Below are positions 52,725 through 63,902 of a stretch of 64,000 nucleotides of DNA, piece by piece; the first letter of the stretch is position 1, and each line of letters starts with the position of its first letter. Source of the stretch: Lama guanicoe (Eukaryota); NCBI GenBank assembly GCA_013239625.1, contig MU056733.1, positions 7,396,534-7,460,533 of the forward strand. The letters are read 5' to 3'. The translations under genes were made by a program, and so were the position numbers. The notes below the pieces were generated by a model that saw only the letters and a program-made list of their open reading frames with translations, was not told the DNA's origin and made no database searches.

Positions 52725-54000
52725 TAGATTATTCACAGTTAAAATCCATTATTTTATGTGCCAAGCATTGTAGTAGGCACTGGAGATAGAAAAGTAATTA
52801 AGATACCACCTTTTCCCTTAAGCAGCTCACAATGTGGACACCGGTATGCGAAAAAACAAATGCTATATGTATAGTGTAACAAGTGATCTAACAGTGATTG
52901 TACAGACTATAGCATAGTCACAAAGCAGGTAGAAGAAAACTTGTCTCAGGGAGGTCAAGAATAGCCTCAAAGAGCTGACTCTTACAGGAGGAAGGGAAAT
53001 TTTCTAGGCTGAGAGGGATGTGAAATGTGGGCAGAGAGTTCAGAGTGAGCAAGGACACCACAGCCTAAAATATTGGCATGGTGGTGTAAGCTGAGAAGAC
53101 AGGTGTTTGAAGATGGTACTGGAAAGACAGGCAAGACTAGATCAAGTCCTCCATGCTGAGGAGTTTGTACATTAGCTTTCCATTAACAGGGAACCATAAG
53201 AAGATTTTTCACGAAGGAAATGATATGACCAGATTTGTGTTAGGTCAAGATAAGAGCAGGGTTATCTGCAAGAACTGATGGTGAGAACGATGGAGGTTGG
53301 GAGTCCTTGCAGGAAGCTATTGTCTTTGTCCAGATGGGAGGTAATGAAAGTCAGAACAAGGTTATTCATGGTGGAGTTGAAAAAGAAGAGGATGAGTTCA
53401 AAATCTTTTTAACTAGAATCAGAGAACTTCACAACTGGATGTGGAGCCTAAAAGAGAAGAATTCTTTTAGGATTACTCTCAGATTCCTAGATTTCGGAAG
53501 CTGGATAGACGGTTTAACAACAATAAGGGTGGGGATTTGGAGGAAGACCAAATGGTACAAAATGAAAGACACTGAGTTTGGCTTTGTTCATAACGAGCAT
53601 GGATGTCTCTGAAATATCTAGACAGAGATATCTATGGATCAGAGCTCAGGAGTGATACCCAGTCTACAGATTTGGAAATCACACAGGTGGTTATAACTGG
53701 ACATGGATGAGATCACCCTGGAATTAGTGTGTTCAATGAGAAGAGAAAGGGGTCAAGGTCATTAACCAGGAGATAATTGATATTTGGGGAGGTAGAGAGT
53801 GAAAGAAGTCAGCAAAGAAGACAGAAAAGAACCTATCCAAGAGGGAGGAGAAAGAGGAGAGCTGTCATGGGACCAAATGAGGAGACAGTTTCAGGAAGAG
53901 GGATGGACAACAGTACAAAACACCAAAGAAATATCAAATGAAATGTGAACTGAAGAGTCACTGGATATGGTGTCTTTTTCAGAATATGTTTCAATGGGAA
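52725..54000 (-). mobile_element. Degenerate L2 LINE
   Basis: tatgtgccaagcattgtagtaggcactggagata...cagctcaca...atggatgagatcaccctgga...aactgaagagtcactggat; boundaries approximate. Confidence 0.65.
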
Positions 54001-57000
54001 TGGAAGCCTTATTAAAGTAAATGTAATAGTGAACGAGGCATGATAAAGAGGAGGAATCAGTTATGAGCAGAAGGAACTATTCTCTAACAGAAAAACGCAG
54101 CATAGTAGGCACTTAATAATCTTGAAAGACTGGCAATTTCTAAGCCAAGCTTCACATGCAAACCTTGAAACTTTTCTTACATTTGTACTGATCTTTGTTT
54201 TCACATACATTTTGTTTGATTCCTTACAAAAACCTTTAAGGTACAGGGTGGGATTTTTGTTTGTTTTCATTTTTTGTTTTTTAGACTCCATTCTATGGGA
54301 GGAAACTGAAGCCCAAGACCATGCAGTTCATTTGAGATCACAGAATCAGTAAGTGGCATAAACAAAGGACTCTCGGCACAGTGCTCTTCCCAGCACCACA
54401 AAGAATGTTCTGAAGGTCAATGCGATATTGCAGAGGCAACCAGGCCACACTTGAGAAACTCTAAAGGGAGAATTCCTGCCCACAATCACTTCTTTGACTA
54501 ACAATAGACACACTTGGTTGCCCAAATGCCTCTATGGAATTAATAAGGAAGTGATTAGTTACATGCTGTATCTTCTCTTGAGAAGACCTGAGCATGTGCA
54601 TCCTTTGAAATGTCCCTTTACTTTTAGAGGAAGATTTCAGACTTGTCTTACTTTATCAATATGACAAGGAGAAACATTTGGTTAATATGCTCTATCATTA
54701 CCTCAAAGACACCCTCCTCCCTTTCCTTTCAGAGCCAGGTAAAACTGAAGTATGTAGATTAATAAGCCCCAGGCTTAACACTTGACAATTTCACTATGAT
54801 GGAGGCAAAGGAGACCCTAAGCCACCCTCCCTCTCAGCGAACAAGAGCGCTGCCCTTTAGCATAAAACATGAAACGTTTCTGTAGTTTTGCCAGCTCAGC
54901 AAGAGAGAAAATTAACCCTATGTTTTCTTATCCCAATTACCTTAGCATGGGTGAGGAGGGAGGGGACCTGAGTTACAGACGGGTCAGCATGAGAGAGCAG
55001 GGATGATTGTGCACGCACCCTGGCATGGGTTAGAAGGAATTATAGTCACCAGATATTAATGCATTTCTAGATTCATCATTAATTTTCTAAGATTCTCTGC
55101 AAGTCTAGATAATTTGGCAGGAAAAAAAACTGCCCTTTAAATGATATCTTCTTCTGCTTAAATTTGGAAATGTGTGGTAGAAATCACCATTTTTTAAAAA
55201 ATGAACAGTTTCAATTATATTAAGAGAGAATGCCTCTATTTAATTAATTCATTTAGTCCCTGGGTGACACTGGGTGTGGCTCAGTGAGATTTAGAAGGAA
55301 TCCAGTTTATCAGGAGGACTCCTCTGCACCAAGGAGCAAGGCAGCATCCTTCTACACCTTTCCAACACTGCAAGGGAAAGGCGCAGTCAGGTTGGAATTC
55401 TGAACCACATCACTCTCTCTAAGATAAGAATCACTTGTTCCACGAGGAAAGGCAGATGTTGGTGGTGTTGGGGGGGGCGAGGGGGGCTTGTTGCTTGCAC
55501 TGGTATTCTTTACACTTCAATTACAAATTAATCCTTATTTTTAAACAAAAGAAACACCTCACAGTTTTCTTGCTTTGTGGACACATATCACATCTTGCAA
55601 GTTTTTCATCATCTGCAAAATGCATGGTAATTAAGCCATTTAAAGTTAGCCCCAAGATACTTGAAAATCATAAGCCACTAAAATCTCAGGGATTCTTTTA
55701 TTTATTCCTCCTTTGACCACTCCTTTACCATCTTTTCCTTTCTACCCCACTTTCACTGCCTTCTTTCCACTACAATAATCTATAGTGATAATTAATGGCT
55801 AATAAAGATCATTTATGCTTTCTTCTCAGCCATTGGCAATGTATTACAACTCGGAAATCCAGGATCACATCTTTATGCAGCTCAAGTGGAAGAGGAAGGA
55901 AGTGCAATCCCGCCAGCCCCCTCCCACATTTCTGCTGGATTTCATGGGTGTGGCAGAGTTTAGACCTTTGCAGGTTTTTGCCCTTGTTTCATTCTCTGTT
56001 AAGGACTAGGATGATGCATAGATGGCAGAAGAAAGATAAACACAATCGGATTCTGCCATGAATGATATAGGATCATTTCACCCACAAGCAAGAAACCTGG
56101 GTGAGACCTAAGTACCCAGGCTATATAAATGCCAGTCAGTGTAATGTGAGCCCACGCCCTGAATACACCATTTCCTTCAGTTTGATTTAACAGCATCCTA
56201 AATACTGACTTATGTGAATGACATACAGCAGTGGTCAATAGGGGACTTGACCATTTCAGACAGAAGTACACACTTATAAAATGTATGGGCAAAATAGGAA
56301 CATTTGTATACATTCAAATTTCTCTCTTGAATATGAATTATGCTAAAACACATGCCGGCATGTGGAAACCATACAGAGCACATGCATGACTGTGTACGGG
56401 AAGTATGCAGATACTATATACACTTGCATGTGAATTTCTACAACTCTCTAAACACACAATTTCAGCTTCATCACTTTGCACATATCCTAGTGAACACTTG
56501 GGGCTGTCAGCGAGAGGACCCAAGTGAAGCCAGCTGTTCCCTTTTGAGGAAGGGAATTTCTTTAGCCTCAATTCCCTTTCGAAAAATCATGCTTGGCTTC
56601 TTTTGTCAAGGAAGGGGGCGTGTGTATACATGTATGTGTATACATAGGGTGGCAAAAAGTTGTAAACCAGCATATTTTTTCTTTCCAACATTAAAGCTTT
56701 ATTTAATGAGTAGCACTGACTTCCTTAGGGCTCCGCCCTCCTAAATTTTATTTCCGCAGCTCACCAGGGGAGCAACCTCAGTACTTTCCTTGAAAGTGTG
56801 CTTAGCCCAGCCACCTGTATCTATAGCATTTGTGTATTAGAATGAAGGAAGACTAGGAGAGGAAATTTCTTGGTTTCAAAAATGAGCCAGTGGAAGCATC
56901 AATCTCTAGAACCACAGAGCAGTTTAGGGAACTGGCACATGTAAGGCTCTCATGCTCTTCCCCAAACACCCTTATACAAACCACACACAAACCCCTAGTG

Positions 57001-57007
57001 TCTGTGA

Positions 57008-57054
<47 letters not shown>
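57008..57054. repeat. (CTAT)n tetranucleotide microsatellite
   Basis: About 11-12 perfect units. Confidence 0.95.
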
Positions 57055-57535
57055 CTTATTTATTTCTGTCATGCCTCTCCACCCTCTCCACCCACTGCTC
57101 TGAGATTCTGCTTCTGTCTCCCTTCCCCTTCCTCTTCCATCTCCTTAGTCCTCTCCACTCCACTCCCCACCCCCTCCACCCCAACCCCCACCCCCCTACC
57201 AGGGCGCTGGCTAAATGTGCAAAGCTGGCAGCCTGTTTCTTCTCCACTTCCCCCTCCACCCCCTTTGGATTCAGCGAATGTATTACAAACTGCCCCATAT
57301 CCAATACCTGCACAGGAATAATGCCCAAATCCTATCTCTTGCACCCCACCCCTAAGGCAAGCAATGTGCAAAGGGCTTTTTTTGACCAAGACTGCCTCCC
57401 CACCCACGGGAACGCACACGCACGCACAAGCACACACTCACCCATATCCCACAGCCATTTTTCTCCTTAACCTTCGCCAAAATCGCTCAAACGTGTTCCA
57501 ATCAGTGTTTGAAAGCTCATTTTGGAGAATGCCAC

Positions 57536-57557
57536 GGCGCTGTCCGTTGCTGCGGAA
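57536..57557 (-). promoter_or_regulatory. RE1/NRSE-like element (REST candidate) in proximal intron 1
   Basis: Minus TTCCGCAGCAACGGACAGCGCC versus consensus TTCAGCACCACGGACAGCGCC. The 3' 12 nt are identical, the left half matches 7/9, and the spacer has one extra base. Confidence 0.5.
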
Positions 57558-58613
57558 CACGGTACTAGTCATTCCTCCCCACCCTCACCCCAATCAAGTT
57601 TCTAAAATGTCTTTCAAGAAATAAGTGAGCAATTTGAAATGGAAGAAAAACCTGAGCCGGGGAGGCTGGGTAGGCCGGGGAGCCGGGGCCGGGGGTGGGG
57701 GTGGGGGGTGCAGAGAGGGAGGGGACTCGGATTCTCGCTTGTATGTGTCCCTCTACCTGATGAAAATGAGTCACTATGCTTATTATCCGGAATGTTAGTC
57801 CGTCCTTGGTCAATACAATTCTAGGAAAGGTGCACAGGAAGGGGAGAAAAGACCTGATTTCCAACAGGTAATACTAGGCTGGTCTTTGCCATCCCATCGG
57901 AGCTCAAAGCTCCTAGGGGCGTGGTCCACCCTCTCCTCGGACCAGCTGGTGCACAATCGGCTACTGGAGCTTGGGAAGGGGATTTTCCCCTTCTACACGG
58001 CCAGTTTCTCCGCTAGCCCCAGTTGTCTTTAGATTCTCTTTTTAAAAACCTCCCAAATCACAGTTTCATTCATTGAAAAATAAATAATTAAACCTTCACA
58101 TGTTTTTTTCCATTAATACCTGCGCCGATTTGAAGCTCATGCATGCAGGAAATAAGGCTTCTTCCGCAGCACATGTGAGAACATCGTACCATAGAACAAG
58201 CAATACTCATTACTGAATATTATCCTTTCAACCCCGCTTTTGGCAAATAATATATAAAAAAAGGATTGCCTCCCCATCTTGTAGGTAGAGCCCACATCTT
58301 TCCCCCCACACCCCTCTCTATATCCACACCCGCAAAACCAGAGACCTAAAATGCTGAACATTTACTGATAGCCAAAAAAAATCTTTTTTCTAGCCAAAAA
58401 GGTGTATTTTTTTCTAACCTCATCTTAATTAGCAGTAGCATTCCAAAACCAGAGCGTGGAAGAAGAGAATAAAAGCTGGGATGCAAGCATCAGTTACCAT
58501 ATGCTAAGGAAACGCGAGCACCATGGCCAGAGCAGAAGCAGTTAAAACATTTTTTTCTGCCTTTACAGGGAAATATTGCACTCAGGTCATTTCAAAACAG
58601 CAAGAAGTAAAAA

Positions 58614-58912
58614 NNNNNNNNNNNNNNNNNNNNNNNNNNNNNNNNNNNNNNNNNNNNNNNNNNNNNNNNNNNNNNNNNNNNNNNNNNNNNNNNNNNNNNN
58701 NNNNNNNNNNNNNNNNNNNNNNNNNNNNNNNNNNNNNNNNNNNNNNNNNNNNNNNNNNNNNNNNNNNNNNNNNNNNNNNNNNNNNNNNNNNNNNNNNNNN
58801 NNNNNNNNNNNNNNNNNNNNNNNNNNNNNNNNNNNNNNNNNNNNNNNNNNNNNNNNNNNNNNNNNNNNNNNNNNNNNNNNNNNNNNNNNNNNNNNNNNNN
58901 NNNNNNNNNNNN
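58614..58912 (-). CDS. GAP43: Inferred position of GAP43 exon 1 (5'UTR plus MLCCMRRTKQ), hidden in a 299-N assembly gap; not directly visible
   Basis: I found no MLCCMRRTKQ-coding sequence elsewhere in the window. The gap sits between a TATA-like/CCAAT promoter with a purine-rich minus-strand run entering it, and a flank (minus TTTTTACTTCTTGCTGTTTTGAAATGACCTGAGTGC) that resembles the start of mammalian GAP43 intron 1 as I recall it. The implied intron 1 of about 48 kb fits the known gene. Confidence 0.75.
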
Positions 58913-59160
58913 TTTTTCTACCCACCACCCCCCAACTCTCTGCCTCTCTCTCTTTTCCTTCCCTGTCTCTAGGTCCCTTTCTCAGAATTGTTCCCTAGCT
59001 TTCAATGACTAATCACTTCCCCAGCCCCCCCCCCCTTTCGAGACAGTCACCCCCTCCCCATCCCCTGCCAGCCTCATGAATATTTAAACACCTCCAATCT
59101 GGACCCAATTACCCACCGACTTTCCCACTGCATTGAGAGAGGGTGGTGGGGTGGGAGCAG
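58913..59160 (-). promoter_or_regulatory. GAP43: GAP43 core promoter: CCAAT, TATA-like box, G-rich downstream segment and AP-1-like site
   Basis: The minus strand reads AGATTGGAGGTGTTTAAATATTCATGAGGCTGGCAGGGG. CCAAT is at 59094-59098 (+), TTTAAA at 59083-59088, and AP-1-like TGACTAA at 59006-59012. This matches the described layout of the rodent GAP-43 TATA-containing promoter (established knowledge, recalled). Confidence 0.8.
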
Positions 59161-59722
59161 AGAAGGATATTCCAGCCATTCTGGAGATTGCAGGGAGTAT
59201 GTTTTAGAGAAGAGGGGCTTGAGGAATGCTTCTGTTTCTTTATTAACTCTTTTCTCTTTCCAATATCATAAAAGCAAAGAATATCTATTCTGACTGAGGA
59301 GTCAGAACTATATAATATGTTATATCTGCTATTTAGATTTTATGCACAGTTAATAATTGTGTGCGTTAATTTCTCTCAAAAAATGAAATAACGTGTGAAT
59401 GTCATACCCTGTATATACACTGTGCTCACTATTCAGTTAACCTAAAACAAATACATATATGTAAACTTAGATGTGCACAACGTATCTCATATATGCTCCA
59501 ATATCCTCGAAAAATCTATGCAGATATATTGCATTTTAAACAGTCTAAGCACTCAAGTTCAGAAATAATGATGTTTAGGAATTAGCATCTGTATCTAAAA
59601 TCACATGGTAGTTTTTTTGTTTCTTATTGCACATATACCTGTTTGAAAATTTGAGTTTCTTCTAATTTTACTGAAAAAGCTAAGCACATTTGAACAGTCA
59701 ATCGTGTAATATGAATGGTGCC

Positions 59723-60499
59723 TGTCGACTAAAATAAAAACGTACAAAGTGAGAGCTCTGAGTTTCAATTTTACCTGGGGACTCACTGAGGACTATAGCC
59801 TGGGAGATAGCCTCTCAGATAGATCTGAGGAACTGCTCAGAAGAGGCAAGGTGGAGGTCAACATATATGTGATTTTGGTGAAGGGGTTGCAATCAAGCAC
59901 ACATCTTGGAAAAAATACTGCTCATCATGAGGAACAGATATCTTAGTCAATGGTTTTAGTGCTTTTCTTTTCTTTTTTTTAATTGAAGTATACTGAGTTT
60001 TCAATTTTGTGTCAATTTCTGGTGTATAGAATAATGTTTCAGTCATACATACACATACATATATTCATTTTCATATTCCTTTTCATTACAGGTTACTACA
60101 AGATATTGAATATAGTTCTCTGTGCTATACAGTATAAACTTGTTGTTTATCTATCTTATATGTAGTAGTTAGTATCTGTAAATCTCAAACTCCCAATTTA
60201 TTCCTTCCAACCCCTTTTCTCTCCTGGTAACCATAAGTTTGTTTTCTATGTCTGTGAGTCTGTTTCTGTTTTGTAGTGCTTTTATAAGTATGGGAAGATG
60301 CAAAAATCTATGTTCTTAAAAATTTTCCCCTGAAAATATCTATCTGAAGGCCTGTTCTGCCACTTTTCCCAGAGGACAGAGTGTCTCCTTCCTAGTCTCC
60401 ACCCGACCCCTTTCAGGGTGTGTTGAAGATCAGCAACTGCACTGGCTAATGACGTAATCCTTATAGAGCCAGGTGGCGAGGGACATTCTTTAGCTGGCA
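59723..60499 (-). mobile_element. ERV1-class solo LTR (copy B, same family as 26861-27365), interrupted by an L1 3' end
   Basis: TG...CA termini and a perfect 4-bp TSD TGCC (59719-59722 and 60500-60503). Blocks such as ctgaaaatatctatctgaaggcct and ttttagtgctttt are reverse complements of copy A. Confidence 0.88.
59967..60273 (-). mobile_element. 5'-truncated young L1 3' end nested in LTR copy B
   Basis: Poly-T at 59967-59980 and L1 3'UTR motifs shared with 13524-13759 and 36820-37180. 10-bp TSD tagtgctttt at 59957-59966 and 60274-60283. Confidence 0.9.
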
Positions 60500-60667
60500 T
60501 GCCCAAAATGATATTTTACAGTTTGGGCAAGAAGAATAAAAGTAAACTCATCTGTTATCAGAAGAAAAAATTTATCATGAAGCTTTACTTCTTCAATTCT
60601 GTCTGTGGTTCTTCATAATTTGGATGGAGGAAAATATGACTTAAAAAGAGTATTTTTTTTCCATATT

Positions 60668-60800
60668 CAGTGCTGTGTGATCTTGGGGATGTTCGTAAAC
60701 CTCTCCGTACCTAGTTTTCTAAGCTGTAAAATAGAGATAACAATATCAACCTTGCCAACATGTTGTGAGGACTGAACAATATAATGTATGCAAAGTACAA
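60668..60800 (+). mobile_element. MIR SINE
   Basis: gctgtgtgatcttggg...aacctctc...ctgtaaaatagagataacaata...gttgtgaggact. Confidence 0.7.
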
Positions 60801-62150
60801 TGAAGTCATTCTCCATACATAACAGCTTTACCTTAGATAGCATACTCTTCTGAAATTTTGGCGATATTTTCAGGTAAGTATCTCAAATAACTCTTCAAAC
60901 CCTTTCTTATCGTTCATTGTGATGACAAGCATCCCCAATTAAACAGCTCATGGTCTTTCTAGCCCCCCCTTGATATGAGCCCAGTTAATACATGTCAACC
61001 AGTCAGCTTATTATCATACGTATTATCAGGATCACTGAGCTGAATAGGTACTCAGTACATTTTGACAAAATCCCAGGTACACTCACCTCAGAGTACACTA
61101 TCTCAGAGAGATACTCAGTAGGTAACAGTTATAAATTATCACAGCGGTCTTCCTAAGCATGACCTGCTTCAGAGCCAGTCTTACTTGGTCTTTTATTCCT
61201 CTCAGTTTGCTTCTTAGTTTTCATACTTAAAGATTAAAAAAAAAATTAGGTTCTGAGTTTAATTTTTTTTTAATGTTACAATGAGCTCAGTCAGAGCCAA
61301 GCTTTCAAAAACAGCCATCTATGTGTGTCAGTGATAGAAGAGGGCAAAGAATGGGTAAGAAACAACCTTGTCAGAGCCGTTCCTGTTGTGGATTAGGATT
61401 GCCCTACCTGCCTGAGGGGGCTGGAAAGAAAGGGAGGAGGTGGGGGAGGTGGTATTGGGGGAAAGGGAGGAAAAACAGATTCATATGTAAGATTATTTTG
61501 TCAACTATGTGGTCCAACTTAAGGAACACAGTTGGCTGTGGAAAGAGGCCAAGTCCTTTCCCTTTCAATGTACTCCCCTTAGCCCTCCCATTTATATCTT
61601 CTACACCCTTTTATTTATCAGAGGGAAACTTGAAAACAACGTGGCATAATTAAATCAGAGTCTAGAGCTCCAAACCAGGCGTAGGCCTGGATGAACTCTG
61701 TGACTTAACATGTTAAACCACCCATGTTAGCATCCATTTCCTCAGCAGTTTACATACATTATTTCACCCAATACTCAAAATGAGGTAGGTGCAATCAGTA
61801 ATCCCATTTTGAGGGGGATACTAACGTTAAGAAAATTAAATACCTAGACTAGGATACAGAGCTAAGAGGAGGTAAAGCCACAACTCTGAAACCCTGTTAA
61901 CCACTAAAGTACACTCCGTGGGCTTCTATACCTCATCACTTCTGGAGATTAGACTCCGTAGTGTAAGTTTTGTGTTGAAATGAAAGCCACGATCTGAAAG
62001 GTCCACCTATTAGGCCCAGCCTTTACCTCAAGAGCCTTGAAGAACACGCTGATACTCTAATCCAATAGAGAGCCCTCTGTATGTATCTGACCAAACATCA
62101 CCTACTTCAACCAGCTTCAGGTGCCTCAGCGTTTAGAGTCCTCACCACAC

Positions 62151-62254
62151 TTTTTTTTTTTTTTTTTTTTTTTNNNNNNNNNNNNNNNNNNNNNNNNNNN
62201 NNNNNNNNNNNNNNNNNNNNNNNNNNNNNNNNNNNNNNNNNNNNNNNNNNCCCC

Positions 62255-62290
<36 letters not shown>

Positions 62291-62365
62291 TGGAGGTACT
62301 AGGGATTGAACCCAGGACCTTGAGCATGCTAAGCACTCATTCTACCACTGAGCTATACCCTCCCC
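62151..62365 (-). mobile_element. tRNA-derived SINE (camelid Vic-1-like) with intact Pol III boxes; tail spans a gap
   Basis: Minus GGGGAGGGTATAGCTCAGTGGTAGAATGAGTGCTTAGCATGCTCAAGGTCCTGGGTTCAATCCCTAGTACCTCCACTAAAA; A box TAGCTCAGTGG, B box GGTTCAATCC; long poly-A. Probable TSD agtcctcacca/agttctcacca at 62137-62147 and 62368-62378. Confidence 0.9.
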
Positions 62366-63048
62366 TTAGTTCTCACCATTTTGGATGTCTCCCTCTGGAC
62401 ATACTGCAGTCTGTCAATGAGCCTTTAAAAACTACTTCCCAGAAGGGAGCTCAAGATTCCAAATTTAATTTAAATAACATGAAATAAATTCCAATGCATG
62501 ATTTTTCCTCTAAGCAATGGAGGTTATAGGAATGCAAAGGAATGAGGAAGAGAAAAGTAGACACTGATGTGATCTTGGCAAAAAAGAAAATACAGTTATA
62601 AAATAAAAATAAATAAAATAACCAGTACTGTCCTGATCCCCAGCCAACTCTTCAGTGGATCCACTTATACCTAATCCCAGAAGATGCCTAAATTTAAGTT
62701 CTTAAATAATTTTAGTTTAGAAGTTACCTGTTGGTATGTAACAGGTAACTTCCTGACCACAGGTTAGGCAACAACGTCATTCTAGAAGAAGGTGAAGAGA
62801 GGTGAAGGCAAGGTCCTAGTTCTAGCCTCAGATCTCTTTGAATTTTATACTAAAATGACCCTGTTTGTTATAATAAACCCAGAAGTTACTAGGCCTTATG
62901 AATGGCTCTGTCAGATAGTCTGCTACTTTATGACCGGTACTTGAGAGAAGGGTGTCATTGAATCATGTACAGACTATGTTCACCTTTTCTCTCCCCCCTT
63001 GCAGGAGTTTCTTTTCTTTTAACTTTTAGTCTTAGCCTTTTACCTGCT

Positions 63049-63182
63049 NNNNNNNNNNNNNNNNNNNNNNNNNNNNNNNNNNNNNNNNNNNNNNNNNNNN
63101 NNNNNNNNNNNNNNNNNNNNNNNNNNNNNNNNNNNNNNNNNNNNNNNNNNNNNNNNNNNNNNNNNNNNNNNNNNNNNNNNNN
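63049..63182. other. Assembly gap (134 N); other gaps are at 32522-32632, 58614-58912 and 62174-62250
   Basis: Runs of N. Confidence 1.
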
Positions 63183-63476
63183 TAAGGGGAGGGCCTATTC
63201 CAGGCCTCTCTCCTTGGCTTGCAGAGGGCTGCCCTCTCACTGCCTCTTCACAAAGTGGTCCCTCTGTACACGTGCACCCTGGTGTCTCTCTGTATCCAAA
63301 TTTCCTCTTATTAAAGGACATCAGCCCAGCTGGATTAGAAGCCCCCACCATATGAAACTATTTAACCTTAATTACTTCTTTAGTGGCCCGATCTCCAAAT
63401 ACAGTCACATTCTGAGGTACCTGGGGTTAGGGCTTCCACATGTGGCTTTTGAGGAGACACAATTCAGCCCCTGACA
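63183..63476 (-). mobile_element. MLT1 (MaLR) LTR fragment, truncated by a gap
   Basis: Typical atctccaaatacagtcacattctgaggtac...gacacaattcagcccctgaca. Confidence 0.85.
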
Positions 63477-63902
63477 TCTGCACTCTCCATCAGTACTTTC
63501 TGACTTCACTCACTTATTCAGCATTTCCCATGTTGCAAAAACATCCTGCCCTCAGGGAGATACACACATGTAAAAAGCAAAACAAATGCTATTTGAACAA
63601 AATAGAACTCAAAGTCAAATGTGTGTTGTAAGAACTCAGAATAGGAAAGAAATCACTGTGGACTAGGATATGTCTTCCACTTCATAATTAGGATTTGAAC
63701 AAGTAGAGAGGATGCAACACGTTTTAGAAAAGGGTCATATCAGAAAAGGCAAAATTCATAAATAATCACCACCTGATCGAGGGACTGTCAGTCAATATGC
63801 AGAAGAGGGGGATCTGGAAAGGAGAGTAGGAAGAGAGAACCTGAGAAGGGATGGATGGTTACACTCAAACTAAGAAGGATCTTGAGGGTCAGGCAATGAC
63901 AG

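Larger units (their letters stand above)
10480..58613 (-). other. GAP43: GAP43 intron 1 (5' end lies in the gap)
   Basis: Bounded by the exon 2 acceptor and the inferred exon 1; repeat-rich, with no credible coding ORFs. Confidence 0.8.

Noticed and set aside
56890-57470. ORFs of 90-172 aa in proximal intron 1
   Set aside because: They arise from the (CTAT)n repeat and C-rich low-complexity tracts.
60864-60879. ttttcAG|GTAAGT recursive-splice-like motif
   Set aside because: It is on the strand opposite to GAP43 and upstream of the gene, with no supporting transcript evidence.
62289-62365. tRNA gene
   Set aside because: It is followed by poly-A, has a probable TSD and has a homologous decayed copy at 41665, so it is a SINE head.
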